Below, one piece after another: positions 19,055-30,845 of a stretch of DNA of 64,000 bases. Within the stretch, counting starts at the first letter, position 1, and the number at the start of each line of letters is the position of its first letter. The notes below the pieces were generated by a model. The model worked only from the letters and a program-made list of their open reading frames with translations, did not search any database and was not told the origin of the DNA. A program made the translations under genes and the position numbers. The stretch is from an uncultured Candidatus Binatia bacterium (GTDB lineage Bacteria > Desulfobacterota > Binatia > UBA9968 > JAJDTQ01): contig OZ251459.1 of assembly GCA_965242525.1 (NCBI GenBank), positions 2,432,001-2,496,000 of the forward strand. Direction: 5' to 3'.

Positions 19055-19342
19055 ATGGTGGTCGGCGTTCTCAAGGTGGTCCTGATCCTGCCGGAGAACC
19101 ACTCCCTGAAGGGAAAGAGGTCGGTGCTGCGCAAGGTCCGGTCCCGAGTCTCCCAACGGTTCAACGTCTCGGTAACGGAGTGCGGCGACCAGGACCTCTG
19201 GCAGCGGGCGCTGCTGGGTTTCGGCGCGGTGGGCAGCAACGCCAGGGTGGTGGAAGCGACCCTGCGGCAGGTGGTGGAGTTCGTGGACGGGTTGGGTCTG
19301 GCCGAGTTGGGAGAGTCGGACATGGACGTATTCAGGCACTAG
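19055..19342 (+). CDS. DUF503 / YlxP family protein
   Basis: MVVGVL..SLKGKRSV..FNVSVTE..QDLWQR; between infB and rbfA. Confidence 0.9.
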   Translation: MVVGVLKVVLILPENHSLKGKRSVLRKVRSRVSQRFNVSVTECGDQDLWQRALLGFGAVGSNARVVEATLRQVVEFVDGLGLAELGESDMDVFRH

Positions 19343-19484
19343 TACCCGGTAACGGCGACCAAGTCACTGGCGTGGAACATCCTGTCATGCACGGCAAACA
19401 TGTTTCGCGCTGTATGCCTGCTGACAGAGCGACCGTTACAGGGTACTAGGCCGCGGGCGTCGGCCGCGGCGCCGGGCGGGAACC

Positions 19485-19850
19485 GTGAAGAACCGTCGAG
19501 AGAACGACGCCTCGCGGGCGCAACGGGTGGGGGACCTGCTGATGGAGTTCGTCTCCCGGCTGCTCGCCCGTTCCCTGGAGGACCCCCGGGTCCGTTCCGT
19601 GACGCTGACGGGCGCGGAGGTGAGGCCCGACCTGAAGCACGCCCGCATCTACTTCACGGTGCGGGACGGAGCGCCCCGGAAGGACGAAGCGCTGGCCGGA
19701 CTGCGGGCGGCCGCGGGTTTCATCCGCGGTCGTATCGCCTCGGACCTGGAGTTGCGCTTCGTCCCTACCATCGAGTTCGTCCGCGACGAGTCCCCGGACC
19801 GGGCCCGGCGCGTGGAAGACCTCCTCCGGCAAGTCCGACCGAAAGCGTGA
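19485..19850 (+). CDS. rbfA: ribosome-binding factor A
   Basis: RAQRV, DPRV, PDLKHARIY, AAGFIR, LRFVPTIEF. Confidence 0.93.
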   Translation: MKNRRENDASRAQRVGDLLMEFVSRLLARSLEDPRVRSVTLTGAEVRPDLKHARIYFTVRDGAPRKDEALAGLRAAAGFIRGRIASDLELRFVPTIEFVRDESPDRARRVEDLLRQVRPKA

Positions 19851-19861
19851 GACGGGACGCC

Positions 19862-20767
19862 ATGCGCCTGGCCCGGAGCGGCATCCTGCTGGTGGACAAG
19901 CCGGAGGGTCCGTCCTCCGCCCGTGTGGTGGCCGCGGCGAAGCGGATCACCGGCGCGCGGAAGGTGGGCCACCTGGGCACCCTGGACCCCTTCGCCTCCG
20001 GCCTGTTGCCGCTGGCGGTCAACGAGGGCACCAAGGCGGCGCAGCACTTCCTGGACGCGGACAAGGGATACACCGGCGTCATCGAGCTGGGGGCGGAGAC
20101 CGATACCCAGGACCGCACCGGCAAGCTGCTGCGCCAGGGGGACGCGCCGGTCCTGGGCGCGCAGGAGCTGGAGTCCCTGCGACGGCAGTTCAGCGGTCTC
20201 CTGAGCCAGGTGCCGCCCATGTACTCCGCCCTCAAGAAGGAAGGGACCCGGCTCTACCAATATGCCCGCAAGGGGCAGGAGGTGAGCCGGGAGGCCCGCA
20301 GCGTCCGGGTCGAGCTGACCCGCCTGGAACAGGCGAGCGGCGGGCAACTGGAGTTCGAGCTGACCTGCTCCAAGGGCACTTACGTGCGCACCCTGGCCGC
20401 GGACATGGGCCGGTCCCTCGGGTGCGGCGCCTACCTGGACCGTCTCCGCAGGGTGGCCTCCGGCCCCTTCCGGGTCGCCGACGCGGTGACCCTGGACGAC
20501 CTCGAAGCGCTTGCGGACCCCGGTTCGGTGCCGCTGGTGTCGTTGAACGACGCCCTGGGCCACCTGCGGTGCGCGGTGCTGGGCCCCGGCGCCGCGGACC
20601 GGCTCCGACAGGGGATCCAGGACGCTCTCGCGGACGTGGCCGCGCCCGCGGCCGGGGAAACGGTCCGCAGGGTGGTGGACCGCCAAGGCGCTCTGGTGGC
20701 GCTGATCGGCTGGGAAGAGGCCCCGGGAGCGTGGCGCACCCTTCGGGTGTTCCACCGTCCCCCATGA
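19862..20767 (+). CDS. truB: tRNA pseudouridine(55) synthase
   Basis: GILLVDKP, KVGHLGTLDPFASGLL, QVPPMYSALK, CSKGTYVRTL. Confidence 0.96.
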   Translation: MRLARSGILLVDKPEGPSSARVVAAAKRITGARKVGHLGTLDPFASGLLPLAVNEGTKAAQHFLDADKGYTGVIELGAETDTQDRTGKLLRQGDAPVLGAQELESLRRQFSGLLSQVPPMYSALKKEGTRLYQYARKGQEVSREARSVRVELTRLEQASGGQLEFELTCSKGTYVRTLAADMGRSLGCGAYLDRLRRVASGPFRVADAVTLDDLEALADPGSVPLVSLNDALGHLRCAVLGPGAADRLRQGIQDALADVAAPAAGETVRRVVDRQGALVALIGWEEAPGAWRTLRVFHRPP

Positions 20768-20811
20768 ACCGGAGGAACGTCGGATCCCTGCCGGCTCTCC
20801 CTTGGGGAAAG

Positions 20812-21144
20812 TGCGTCCTTCGACTTCGCTTCGCTACGCTCAGGACGAACGGGGATGGGGCGGTCACGGTGAGGGAATCCACCCTGGATGTCTCGATCGT
20901 CCAAAGGTTCCTGAAGCTGTCCGGACCGAGGTTCCCGAGGCTGCCCGCACTCGCTACCAACGTTGCCAACCAGAAGCGGGCTGAAACGTCCGTATCGAGG
21001 TTCCTGAGGCTGCCCGCACCGGGGCGTCGGTTCTTCGACAGGTCCTCCGGGAAACTCCGAACAACCCTCCCGTTCGTCCTGAGCGTAGCGAAGCGAAGTC
21101 GAAGGGCGCGCGCATCCCCCTTGTCCCGATTGTCCAGGGGTTGC
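20812..21144. repeat. intergenic repeat cluster: two inverted REP-like motifs, IS5-like ends and ~24 bp degenerate repeats
   Basis: REP at ~20812-20852 and ~21070-21110; GGAAACTCCGAACAA (21050) and TTGTCCAGGGGTTGC (21130); GAGGTTCCYGAGGCTGCCCGCAC-like units at ~20905, 20928, 20997. Confidence 0.6.
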
Positions 21145-21218
21145 TTTACACGGACGGGGCCGGTGTGCTAGAAACGGGAGAGGAACGAAAGAAAAAAGGG
21201 AGAAAGCAAAGGGTACAG

Positions 21219-21488
21219 ATGGAATCAGCTCGGGAGCAGACCAGCGAGACGATCAGGAATTTCAGACTCCACGACACCGACACCGGTTCGCCCGAGGTGC
21301 AGGTGGCCATTCACAGCCGCCGCATCGCTTACCTGACAGAGCATCTGAGGACTCACCGAAAGGACCATCACACGCGGATGGGCCTGCTCAAGCTCGTCGG
21401 AAAGAGGCGGCGGCTTCTCGATTATCTCAAGAAGAGGGATGTTCAGAGGTACCAGACTCTGATCCAGCGGCTGGGCATCCGCAGATAG
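21219..21488 (+). CDS. rpsO: 30S ribosomal protein S15
   Basis: [35 protein letters not shown]. Confidence 0.97.
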   Translation: MESAREQTSETIRNFRLHDTDTGSPEVQVAIHSRRIAYLTEHLRTHRKDHHTRMGLLKLVGKRRRLLDYLKKRDVQRYQTLIQRLGIRR

Positions 21489-21555
21489 CGGCCCCGCCTC
21501 CGGCCCCTCTTCCGCGTTCTTCTCTTCAGCCCCCACTGCCCTCGAGGGTACAACC

Positions 21556-23658
21556 ATGCAGACCAGAATCGAGTTGGATTATTGCGGCCGCCCGCTGTGC
21601 ATCGACTTGGGCAAGGTCGCCAAGCAGGCCGACGGCGCCGCCCTGGTCCGTTTCGGCGAGACCGTCGTCCTCGCGACCGCGGTGGCCTCGAAAGATGTCC
21701 GGGAAGACATCGACTTCTTCCCGCTGACCGTGGACTACCAGGAAAAGACCTTTGCCGCAGGCCGGATCCCGGGCGGGTTCTTCAAGCGGGAGGGGAGGCC
21801 GTCGGAAAAGGAAATCCTCACCTGCCGCCTCATCGACCGGTCCATTCGCCCGCTGTTCGCGGGGGGGCTCAAGGCCGAGACCCAGGTCATCGTCACCGTG
21901 CTCTCCGCGGACGGGGAGAACGACACGGACGTGGTGGCCATGCTCGCGGCGTCGTTGGCGCTGGAGGTGTCCGACATTCCCTTCGAAGGCCCCCTGGCGG
22001 GCGTCCGGGTGGGCAGGATCGACGGCGCATGGGTCATGAACCCGCTCCTGTCCGAGGTTCCCCGAAGCGACGTCAACATCTTCCTCTCGGGCACCCGCGA
22101 CGGCCTCGTGATGGTGGAGGGCGGCGCCGCGGTGGTGCCGGAGGAGGGGGTGCTGGACGCGCTGTTCCAGGGGCACCAGGCGCTCCAGCCGCTCATCGAC
22201 TTGCAGGAGAAGCTCAAGGACCAGCTCGGCAAGCCCAAGCGGGCCCTGCCCCAGGAGGAGAAGGATGAGGCGCTGAGGGCGCGGGTCCGGGATCTCGCGG
22301 AGGGGAAGCTCGCGGAGGCGGTGCGCATCGCCGACAAGAAGGAGCGCAACGCCCGCATCCACGAGGTCGGGGCCGAGGCCCTCGCCGCGGGCGCGGAGGA
22401 GTTCCCCGGGCGCGAAAGGGAGCTCAAGGGGGCTTTCAAGGAGATCGAGAAGTTCCAGCTACGGGACTTGGTGCTGCGCCATCGCAAGCGCATCGACGGA
22501 CGCGGCCTCAAGGACGTGCGCCCCATCACCTGCGAGGTCAACCTGCTGCCCCGGGCCCACGGCTCGGCCCTGTTTACCCGCGGCGAGACCCAGGCCCTGG
22601 TGGTTTCCACCCTCGGCACCGCCGCGGACGTGCAGCGGATCGACGCCCTCAACGGCGAGCAGTTCAAGAAGTTCATGCTGCACTACAACTTCCCGCCCTT
22701 CAGCACCGGAGAGGTCAAGTTCCTCCGGGGTCCTGGCCGAAGGGAGATCGGCCACGGCGCCCTGGCCGAGCGGGCGCTGGCGCCGGTCCTGCCCGAGGCG
22801 GACGCGTTCCCCTACACCCTGCGCGTGGTCTCCGAGATCCTGGAGTCCAACGGCTCCACGTCCATGGCCAGCGTGTGCGGCGGGTCCCTGTCCCTCATGG
22901 ACGCGGGCGTGCCCACCAAGGCGCCGGTGGCGGGCATCGCCATGGGCCTCATCAAGGACGGCGACGAGGTGCGGGTGCTGACGGACATACTCGGGGACGA
23001 GGACCACCTGGGCGACATGGACTTCAAGGTCGCCGGCACCCGTGAGGGGGTCACCGCGCTGCAGATGGACATCAAGATCAGCGGCGTGGACCGCGAGGTC
23101 ATGCAGGAAGCCCTCTACCAGGCCCGTGAGGGGCGGCTGCACATCCTCGACGTCATGGACGGGACCCTGGCGGAGACGCGCAAGGAGGTCTCCCGCCACG
23201 CGCCCCGGATCACCACCATGAGGGTGCGGCCGGAGAAGATCCGCGACATCATCGGACCCGGAGGCAAGGTCATCCGGGGGATCGTCGAGGCCACCGGCAC
23301 CAAGATCGACGTGCAGGACGACGGAACCGTGACCGTGGCTTCCACCGACGAGGCGGGAAGCCGCAAGGCCATCGACATGATCCAGGGGATCGTGGCGGAA
23401 GTGGAGATCGGCAGGATCTACAAGGGGACGGTGCGGCGCGTGATGGACTTCGGCGCGTTCGTCGAGATCCTTCCGGGCACCGACGGGCTGGTCCACATCT
23501 CGCAGATCGCCGACGACCACGTGCGCCAGGTGCGGGACGTGCTGAACGAGGGCGACGAGTTGATGGTGAAGGTCCTGGACGTGGACCGGCAGGGCAAGAT
23601 CCGGCTCAGCCGCAAGGAGGCTCTGAAGGAGCAGCAGCAGTCCTCCAGGCAGGCATAG
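21556..23658 (+). CDS. pnp: polyribonucleotide nucleotidyltransferase
   Basis: DFFPLTVDYQE, FTRGETQ, RREIGHG, GDMDFKVAG, KH and S1 domains. Confidence 0.98.
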   Translation: MQTRIELDYCGRPLCIDLGKVAKQADGAALVRFGETVVLATAVASKDVREDIDFFPLTVDYQEKTFAAGRIPGGFFKREGRPSEKEILTCRLIDRSIRPLFAGGLKAETQVIVTVLSADGENDTDVVAMLAASLALEVSDIPFEGPLAGVRVGRIDGAWVMNPLLSEVPRSDVNIFLSGTRDGLVMVEGGAAVVPEEGVLDALFQGHQALQPLIDLQEKLKDQLGKPKRALPQEEKDEALRARVRDLAEGKLAEAVRIADKKERNARIHEVGAEALAAGAEEFPGRERELKGAFKEIEKFQLRDLVLRHRKRIDGRGLKDVRPITCEVNLLPRAHGSALFTRGETQALVVSTLGTAADVQRIDALNGEQFKKFMLHYNFPPFSTGEVKFLRGPGRREIGHGALAERALAPVLPEADAFPYTLRVVSEILESNGSTSMASVCGGSLSLMDAGVPTKAPVAGIAMGLIKDGDEVRVLTDILGDEDHLGDMDFKVAGTREGVTALQMDIKISGVDREVMQEALYQAREGRLHILDVMDGTLAETRKEVSRHAPRITTMRVRPEKIRDIIGPGGKVIRGIVEATGTKIDVQDDGTVTVASTDEAGSRKAIDMIQGIVAEVEIGRIYKGTVRRVMDFGAFVEILPGTDGLVHISQIADDHVRQVRDVLNEGDELMVKVLDVDRQGKIRLSRKEALKEQQQSSRQA

Positions 23659-23667
23659 CAGCCCGCG

Positions 23668-24957
23668 ATGTTCGAAAAGACCCTTCTGGACAACGGCGTC
23701 CGGATCCTGACGGAACAGCGGTCCGGCGCCCGGGCCGTGAGCCTCGGCGTCTGGGTGGAGAACGGTTCCCGCCACGAGCAAGGCCCGCAGGGGGGCCTCT
23801 CGCACTTCGTGGAGCACCTGCTCTTCAAGGGGACCGGGAGGCGCAGCGCCCAGCGCATCGCCCAGGAGATGGACTCGGTGGGCGGGGTCATCAACGCTTT
23901 CACCGGCAAGGAGTCCACCTGCTACTACGCGAAGGTGCTGGACGAGCACCTGCCGCTGGCCATCGACCTGCTCACCGACATCTTCCTCCATTCGGAGTTC
24001 GACCGTGAAGAGATCGAGCGCGAGCGCACGGTGATCCTCCAGGAGATCGCGTCCGCGGACGAGAACCCCGAGGACTACGTCCACGACCTGTTCAGCCTGG
24101 ACTATTTCGGGGACCATCCCCTGGGTCGGCCGGTTTGCGGCGACGCGGACACGGTCACCGGGTTCACCCGGGACGACTTGGTGCGGTTCGTGGCCGAGCG
24201 CTACCTACCGGGCCGGGTCATCGTCGCCGGAGCGGGCAACCTGTCCCACGCCGCTCTCGTGGACGCGGTGGCCGGCGAGTTCGGCGCCATGCCCTCCGGG
24301 CCGGTGGAGGACGCCGACGCGGCCCCGGAGGCCCTCCGGGGCCTGTCCCTCCACCCGAGGAAACTGGGACAGGTGCACGTCTGCATGGGGGTGCCGGGAC
24401 TGGCCCACGCGGACCGCCGGCAATACGCGGCGCACGTGCTGAACACGCTCCTGGGCGGGGGCATGAGTTCGCGCCTCTTCCAGGAGATACGCGAGCGCCG
24501 GGGCAAGGCGTACTCGGTCTATTCCTTCCTGGCGTCCTACCGGGACGCGGGCTATCTCGGGGTTTACGTGGGCACCAAGGCGGAATGGACCCGGGAGGTC
24601 ATGGAACTCGCGGTGGCGGAGATGTTCAAGGTGGCCGAAGGCGGGGTGACCGAGGAAGAGATCGCCCGCGCCCGGGACCAGCTCGTGGGCAACACCCTGC
24701 TGGGCCTGGAGTCCGCGGACTCCTGGATGAGCCACGTGGCCCGGAGCGAGATGCACTACGGCAGGCAGGTGTCGCTGGACGAGATCGTCCGGGGCGTGCG
24801 CGAGGTGTCCCTGGACTCCCTCACCGAACTGGCCGGCGAACTGGTCCGGGACGACGGCTTCACCGCCACCCTGCTGGGCGACCTGGAAGGACACGACGTG
24901 GAGGGGATGCGGTTCGGCGGGGCCGCGCAGGGAGCGGCCGCGGGAGCCAACCCCTGA
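23668..24957 (+). CDS. M16 family zinc peptidase
   Basis: [11 protein letters not shown] (HxxEH), [21 protein letters not shown]. Confidence 0.93.
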   Translation: MFEKTLLDNGVRILTEQRSGARAVSLGVWVENGSRHEQGPQGGLSHFVEHLLFKGTGRRSAQRIAQEMDSVGGVINAFTGKESTCYYAKVLDEHLPLAIDLLTDIFLHSEFDREEIERERTVILQEIASADENPEDYVHDLFSLDYFGDHPLGRPVCGDADTVTGFTRDDLVRFVAERYLPGRVIVAGAGNLSHAALVDAVAGEFGAMPSGPVEDADAAPEALRGLSLHPRKLGQVHVCMGVPGLAHADRRQYAAHVLNTLLGGGMSSRLFQEIRERRGKAYSVYSFLASYRDAGYLGVYVGTKAEWTREVMELAVAEMFKVAEGGVTEEEIARARDQLVGNTLLGLESADSWMSHVARSEMHYGRQVSLDEIVRGVREVSLDSLTELAGELVRDDGFTATLLGDLEGHDVEGMRFGGAAQGAAAGANP

Positions 24958-25004
24958 CGAACCCCCGCTTCGGGAGGGTTGGCGAAAACTCCGGCGAGGG
25001 CCTC

Positions 25005-25490
25005 ATGGCGGAGGTCAAGGTCCAGATCAAGCGGGTGCGGTTCGGCAAGGCCGCGGCGCCGTTGCCGCGCTACATGACCGAGGGTTCCGCGGGCCTGGAC
25101 CTGGCCGCGGCGGTGGAGGAGGACGTCGTGCTGGCGCCGCTGGAGCGGAGGCTGATACCCACCGGGTTCGCCCTGGCCCTGCCCGCGGGGTTCGAAGCCC
25201 AGGTGCGCCCCCGGAGCGGCTTGGCCCTGGAGCGCGGCGTGACCCTGGCCAACAGCCCCGGCACCATCGATTCGGACTACCGGGGCGAGGTCCAGTTGGT
25301 GCTCGTCAACCTGGGCCGGGAGCCCGTGACCATCCGCCGGGGCGACCGGATCGCCCAGATGGTGGTGCAGCGGGTGGCCCGGGTGCGCTGGCAAGAGGTG
25401 CGCGAGCTGGACGGGACCGCGCGCGAGGCCGGAGGCTTCGGCCACACGGACGCCGGAGAGGCCCCGGGCGCCCAGGACGAGTCGCCCTGA
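25005..25490 (+). CDS. dut: dUTP diphosphatase
   Basis: [39 protein letters not shown]. Confidence 0.96.
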   Translation: MAEVKVQIKRVRFGKAAAPLPRYMTEGSAGLDLAAAVEEDVVLAPLERRLIPTGFALALPAGFEAQVRPRSGLALERGVTLANSPGTIDSDYRGEVQLVLVNLGREPVTIRRGDRIAQMVVQRVARVRWQEVRELDGTAREAGGFGHTDAGEAPGAQDESP

Positions 25491-25508
25491 CCCGGGGAAG
25501 CGTTTCCC

Positions 25509-26807
25509 ATGATCGACCGCTACACCCGCCCCGAGATGGCGAGGATATGGTCCGACGAGGCCCGCTTCGGCAAGTGGCTGGAGATCGAGATTCTGGCCGC
25601 CGAAGCCCTGGCCGGCATGGGCAAGGTCCCGCCGGACGCGCCCGCGCGCATCCGGCGCAACGCCCGGGTCGACGTGTCCCGGATCCACGAGATCGAACGC
25701 GAGGTCCACCACGAGGTCATCGCGTTCCTGCGCTGCCTGGCCGAGTCCATCGGCGACGACGCCCGTTTCGTGCACGTGGGGATGACTTCCTCGGACGTCA
25801 TGGACACGGGTTTGTCGCTGCAGCTCAAGGACGCCAGCACCCTCCTGCTGGAGGACGTGCGCGCGCTGCTGGCGGTGCTGCGGCGGCAGGCCATGCGGTA
25901 CAAGGATACGCCCATGATGGGGCGCACCCACGGGGTGCACGCGGAGCCCATCACCTTCGGCCTCAAGCTGGCCCTGTGGCACGAGGAGATGCGCCGGAAC
26001 CTGGCGCGGCTGGAGCAGGCCGCGGAGGAGGTCCGCTGCGGCATCGTCTCCGGCTCGGTGGGCACGTTCGCGCAGGTCCCCCCGGAAGTCGAGGCGTACG
26101 TGTGCAAGGCCGCGGGGCTCACTCCCGAACCGGTCTCCAACCAGGTCATCCAGCGCGACCGCCACGCCTTCTTCTTCAGCGTCCTGGCGGTGCTGGCGAG
26201 CTCCGTGGAGAAGTTCGCGGTGGAGGTCCGCCACCTCCAGCGCACCGAGGTCCTCGAAGCCGAGGAACCCTTCGCCGACAAGCAGATGGGGTCCTCGGCC
26301 ATGCCCCACAAACGCAACCCGGTGCTGTCCGAGAACGTGTGCGGACTGGCGCGGCTGGTGCGCTCCTGCGCGGTCTCGGCCCTGGAGAACGTCCCCCTGT
26401 GGCACGAAAGGGACATCAGCCACTCGTCGGTGGAGCGGGTCATCGGCCCGGACGCCACCATCCTGGTGGACTTCATGCTGCACCGGATCACCCACGTGGT
26501 CGGGAACCTCTGCGTCTATCCGGAGAACATGGAGCGCAACCTGGCCTCGAGCGGCGGCGCGGTGTTCTCCCAGGGAGTGCTGCTTCGCCTAGTGGAAAAG
26601 GGACTGTCCCGGGACGACGCCTACAAGATCGTCCAGCGCCACGGCTTGGCGGCGGCCAAGGAGGGGGTGGACCTCAAGCGGCGGCTGCTCGACGACCCGA
26701 CGGTCATGGAGCACCTGGGCGCGGGCGAGATCGACGAGATCTGGGAACTCAAGGACTGTTTCAGGCACGTGGACGCCATTTTCGACCGGGCGTTCGCCGG
26801 GGCGTGA
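25509..26807 (+). CDS. purB: adenylosuccinate lyase
   Basis: MIDRYTRPEM, GRTHGVHAEP, GSSAMPHKRNP, HERDISHSS. Confidence 0.97.
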   Translation: MIDRYTRPEMARIWSDEARFGKWLEIEILAAEALAGMGKVPPDAPARIRRNARVDVSRIHEIEREVHHEVIAFLRCLAESIGDDARFVHVGMTSSDVMDTGLSLQLKDASTLLLEDVRALLAVLRRQAMRYKDTPMMGRTHGVHAEPITFGLKLALWHEEMRRNLARLEQAAEEVRCGIVSGSVGTFAQVPPEVEAYVCKAAGLTPEPVSNQVIQRDRHAFFFSVLAVLASSVEKFAVEVRHLQRTEVLEAEEPFADKQMGSSAMPHKRNPVLSENVCGLARLVRSCAVSALENVPLWHERDISHSSVERVIGPDATILVDFMLHRITHVVGNLCVYPENMERNLASSGGAVFSQGVLLRLVEKGLSRDDAYKIVQRHGLAAAKEGVDLKRRLLDDPTVMEHLGAGEIDEIWELKDCFRHVDAIFDRAFAGA

Positions 26808-26854
26808 CCCGGGGTTCCCGCCGGACCCGAGGCGCGCGTGCGCGAGGAGAAAGC

Positions 26855-27562
26855 ATGGAAAAGCTCGAACGCATCTACGAGGGCAAGGCCAAGATCCTCT
26901 ACTCCACCGAGGATCCCGGCAAGATGATCCAGTATTTCAAGGACGACGCCAGCGCCTTCAACGCCAAGAAGCTCGGCACGGTGGCGTCCAAGGGCGTGGT
27001 CAACAACGCCATCTCGGAGGTGCTGTTCAAGCACCTGGAGGCCAACGGCGTGCCGACGCACTTCCTGGAGCGCCTCGACGAACGGGAGATGCTGGTGCAC
27101 CGCCTGGACATGCTTCCCATCGAGGTCATCATACGGAACATCGTGGCCGGGAGCATGGCCAAGCGCATGGGCCTGGAGGAAGGCCGGTCGCTTTCCCGGC
27201 CGATCCTCGAATTCTGCTACAAGTGCGACCCGCTGGACGACCCCATGATCAACGACTACCACATCCTGGCCCTGGGGTATGCTTCGGAGCCGGAGTTGGA
27301 GCAGGTCAAGCGTCTCACGTTCCGCATCAACGAGCTGATGACCGCGTTCTTCGACGAGCGGGACCTGATCCTGGTGGACTTCAAGCTGGAGTTCGGGCGG
27401 CTCGGCGACCGGGTGGTCCTGGCCGACGAGATCTGCCCGGACACCTGCCGCTTCTGGCAGAAAGGCTCCCTGGAGAAGATGGACAAGGACCGCTTCCGCC
27501 GGGACCTGGGCGGGGTCGAGGAAGCCTACCAGGAAGTCTGCCGCCGGGTCACCGGGGCCTAG
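26855..27562 (+). CDS. purC: SAICAR synthetase
   Basis: YEGKAKILY, LVDFKLEFG, LADEICPDTCRFW, DKDRFRRD. Confidence 0.97.
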   Translation: MEKLERIYEGKAKILYSTEDPGKMIQYFKDDASAFNAKKLGTVASKGVVNNAISEVLFKHLEANGVPTHFLERLDEREMLVHRLDMLPIEVIIRNIVAGSMAKRMGLEEGRSLSRPILEFCYKCDPLDDPMINDYHILALGYASEPELEQVKRLTFRINELMTAFFDERDLILVDFKLEFGRLGDRVVLADEICPDTCRFWQKGSLEKMDKDRFRRDLGGVEEAYQEVCRRVTGA

Positions 27563-27613
27563 CGGGAGACCCGCGGCGGCCGCGCGAAGCACGCCTCCCC
27601 GGGAACGAGACCC

Positions 27614-27856
27614 ATGCGCGTCCGAGTCTTCGTGACCCTCAAGGAGGGAGTCCTGGACCCCCAGGGCAAGGCGGTGGAGAACTCGCTCCACAGCCTCGGC
27701 TTCACCTCGGTGAGCGAGGTGCGCATGGGAAAGTACCTGGAGTTGCGGGTGGACGCCGCCGGGGCCGAGGACGCCGAGCGGCAGACCCGCGGCATGTGCG
27801 AGAAGCTCCTGGCCAACCCGGTCATCGAAGATTACCGCTTCGAGGTCGCGGAATGA
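27614..27856 (+). CDS. purS: FGAM synthase subunit PurS
   Basis: LKEGVLDPQGKAV, VRMGK, LLANPVIEDY. Confidence 0.96.
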   Translation: MRVRVFVTLKEGVLDPQGKAVENSLHSLGFTSVSEVRMGKYLELRVDAAGAEDAERQTRGMCEKLLANPVIEDYRFEVAE

Positions 27857-27860
27857 CGCC

Positions 27861-28583
27861 ATGCGTTGGGGCGTAGCCGTTTTCCCCGGCTCCTGCGACG
27901 ACGACGACGTGGTCCACTGCCTGCAGAACGTCCTGGGCCAGGACGTGCGCACCCTGTGGCACAAGGACCGGTTCCCCGGCGGGTGCGACGCGGTGGTCCT
28001 GCCCGGGGGCTTCTCCTACGGCGACTACCTGCGGGCCGGCGCCATGGCCCGTTTCGCGCCGCTCATGCAGGGCGTGGTCGAGTTCGCCCGGGCCGGAGGA
28101 CTGGTCCTGGGCATCTGCAACGGGTTCCAGATCCTCTGCGAGTCCGGGCTGCTGCCCGGGGCCCTCACCCGCAACGCCTCCCTGCGTTTCGTCTGCCGGC
28201 GCGTGTTCCTGCGCGTGGAGGAGACCGACGCGCCGTTCACGCGCCTGGCCCGGCCCGGCGAGCTGCTGGACATGCCGGTGAAACACGGCGAAGGCCGCTA
28301 CCACGCGGACCCGGCGACCCTGTCCCGGCTCCGGGCCAACCGGCAGGTGCTGCTCCGCTACGCGGACGCGGCCGGCCGGGTCTCCGACCAGGCCAACCCC
28401 AACGGCTCGGTGGAAGCGGTGGCCGGCGTCTGCAACGCCCAACGCAACGTCTTCGGCCTGATGCCCCACCCCGAGGACGCCTCCGAGGCGGTGCTCGGGG
28501 GAGCGGACGGCCTCAAGATCTTTGCGTCCATGGCCGCCCACGTCCGGCGCGGGTCGCCGGCCGCACGCCAGGGAAATGGCTGA
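27861..28583 (+). CDS. purQ: FGAM synthase glutaminase subunit
   Basis: [38 protein letters not shown]. Confidence 0.96.
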   Translation: MRWGVAVFPGSCDDDDVVHCLQNVLGQDVRTLWHKDRFPGGCDAVVLPGGFSYGDYLRAGAMARFAPLMQGVVEFARAGGLVLGICNGFQILCESGLLPGALTRNASLRFVCRRVFLRVEETDAPFTRLARPGELLDMPVKHGEGRYHADPATLSRLRANRQVLLRYADAAGRVSDQANPNGSVEAVAGVCNAQRNVFGLMPHPEDASEAVLGGADGLKIFASMAAHVRRGSPAARQGNG

Positions 28584-30807
28584 CCCGACCGGCAGCGCCG
28601 CCGCCCCCGTGACCCCGGAGACGGTCCGGGCCCACGGCCTCACCGACGGCGAGTACGGGGAGATCCTCCGGCTGCTGGGGCGGGAGCCCAACCTGACGGA
28701 GTTGGGGGTCTTCTCGGTCATGTGGTCGGAGCACTGTAGCTACAAGAGCTCGCGGAAGCACCTGAAGCGGCTTCCCTCCCAAGGGGCGCGGGTGGTCCAC
28801 GGGCCGGGGGAGAACGCCGGGGTCGTGGACATCGGCGAGGGCCTCGCGGCGGTCTTCAAGATCGAGAGCCACAACCATCCGTCGTTCATCGAGCCGTACC
28901 AGGGGGCGGCCACCGGGGTGGGGGGCATCCTGCGGGACGTGTTCACCATGGGCGCACGCCCGGTGGCGAGCCTCGACTCGCTCCGGTTCGGCAGCGTCCG
29001 CCATCCCCGGACCGCCTACCTGCTGGACGGCGTGGTGCGCGGCATCGGCGGCTACGGCAACTGCGTGGGCGTGCCCACGGTGGGCGGCGAGGTCCGTTTC
29101 GACGAATGCTACGACGGGAACGTGCTGGTGAACGCGTTCACTCTGGGGATTGTGGAGCGGGACCGGATCTTCACCGGCAAGGCCCAGGGCAGCGGCAACC
29201 CGGTGGTCTATGTGGGCTCCAGGACCGGACGGGACGGGGTCCACGGCGCCACCATGGCCTCGGCGTCCTTCTCCGGGGAGTCGGAGCAGCGCCGGCCTAC
29301 GGTCCAGGTGGGCGACCCGTTCACCGAGAAGCTCCTGCTGGAAGCCTGCCTGGAGCTCATGAAGACCGACGCCATCGTGGGGATACAGGACATGGGGGCC
29401 GCGGGCCTCACGAGTTCGGCCGTGGAGATGGCCGGGCGGGGCGGTTCGGGGGTGGAGCTGGATCTCTCCCAGGTGCCGTTGCGGGAGCCGGGGATGACCC
29501 CCTACGAGATCCTGCTGTCCGAGTCCCAGGAGCGCATGCTCCTGGTGGCGCGCCCGGAGGCGGTGGCGAAGGTGCAGGAGGTCTTCCGGCGTTGGGACCT
29601 GGACGCGGCGGTGGTGGGCCGGGTCATCGACGCACCTGTGTTCCGGGTGCTGTGGGAAGGCCGCGTGGCGGCCTCGATTCCGGTGGCGGCCTTGACCGAG
29701 TCCGCGCCGCTCTACGACCGCCCTGCGTCCCCGCCCGCGCGCCAGGACGAGGTCCGGCGCTTGGACGCGGCCGCGCTGCCGCAACCCGATGACATGACCC
29801 GGACGCTGGAGCGGCTGCTGGAGTCCCCCAACCTCGCGTCCCGGGAACCCATCTACCGCCAGTACGACCACTACGTGCGCAGCAACACGGTGCTGGCCCC
29901 GGGAGCGGACGCGGCCGTGGTCCGCATCAAGGGAAGCTCCCGGGGACTCGCCCTCACCGTGGACTGCAACAGCCGGTACTGCTACCTGGACCCCTGCGCG
30001 GGCGGCATGGGGGCGGTGGCGGAGGCGGCCCGGAACCTCTCCTGCGTGGGCGCTGCGCCGCTGGGGCTCACGGACTGCCTGAACTTCGGCAACCCGGAGC
30101 GGGAAGAGGTCATGTGGCAGTTCTCCCAAGCGATCCTCGGAATGCGCGAAGCGTGCCTGGCCCTGGAAATCCCGGTGGTGAGCGGCAACGTCAGCTTCTA
30201 CAACGAGACCGACGGGGCGTCCATCCACCCCACGCCGACGGTGGCCATGGTGGGCCTGTTGGAGGACGTGGAGCGGGTGGCCGCGCCGTGGTTCCGGACG
30301 GAAGGGGACCTGGTGGTGCTGCTGGGACCGGACCGGGGCGAGCTGGGCGGCAGCGAGTACCTCGAGGTGGTCCACGGCCGGGTGGCGGGAAGGCCCCCGA
30401 CAGTGGACCTGGCCCTGGAGCGGGGGGTCCAGCGGACCTGCCGCGCGGCCGTGGAGGAGGGCCTCCTGTCGTCGGCCCACGACGTGTCCGAGGGGGGGCT
30501 TGCCGTAGCCCTGGCCGAGGCGTGCATGGGAGGCCCGGGCCGGGGCATGGGGGCGGTGGTCGATCCTCCCCCCGGGGACGTCCGTGCGGACGTCTTCCTG
30601 TTCGGCGAGTCCCATTCCCGGATCGTGGCGTCGCTGAAGGAGGAGGACTACGGCCGTCTCCGGGCTATCGCCTCGAAGGAGGGGGTCCCGGCCGCGGTCA
30701 TCGGCCGGGTGGGCGGGACCAGCCTGGTCATCGGCGGCCTGGTGCGGGCGTCGGTGGAACGGCTGCGAGACCTCTGGTCCACCGGGTTGGAGCGGTGTAT
30801 CAAGTGA
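28576..30807 (+). CDS. purL: FGAM synthase subunit PurL
   Basis: [44 protein letters not shown]. Confidence 0.97.
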   Translation: MADPTGSAAAPVTPETVRAHGLTDGEYGEILRLLGREPNLTELGVFSVMWSEHCSYKSSRKHLKRLPSQGARVVHGPGENAGVVDIGEGLAAVFKIESHNHPSFIEPYQGAATGVGGILRDVFTMGARPVASLDSLRFGSVRHPRTAYLLDGVVRGIGGYGNCVGVPTVGGEVRFDECYDGNVLVNAFTLGIVERDRIFTGKAQGSGNPVVYVGSRTGRDGVHGATMASASFSGESEQRRPTVQVGDPFTEKLLLEACLELMKTDAIVGIQDMGAAGLTSSAVEMAGRGGSGVELDLSQVPLREPGMTPYEILLSESQERMLLVARPEAVAKVQEVFRRWDLDAAVVGRVIDAPVFRVLWEGRVAASIPVAALTESAPLYDRPASPPARQDEVRRLDAAALPQPDDMTRTLERLLESPNLASREPIYRQYDHYVRSNTVLAPGADAAVVRIKGSSRGLALTVDCNSRYCYLDPCAGGMGAVAEAARNLSCVGAAPLGLTDCLNFGNPEREEVMWQFSQAILGMREACLALEIPVVSGNVSFYNETDGASIHPTPTVAMVGLLEDVERVAAPWFRTEGDLVVLLGPDRGELGGSEYLEVVHGRVAGRPPTVDLALERGVQRTCRAAVEEGLLSSAHDVSEGGLAVALAEACMGGPGRGMGAVVDPPPGDVRADVFLFGESHSRIVASLKEEDYGRLRAIASKEGVPAAVIGRVGGTSLVIGGLVRASVERLRDLWSTGLERCIK

Positions 30808-30845
30808 ACGGGGACCCGGTCACACGGGATACTCCATTTCCGGCG

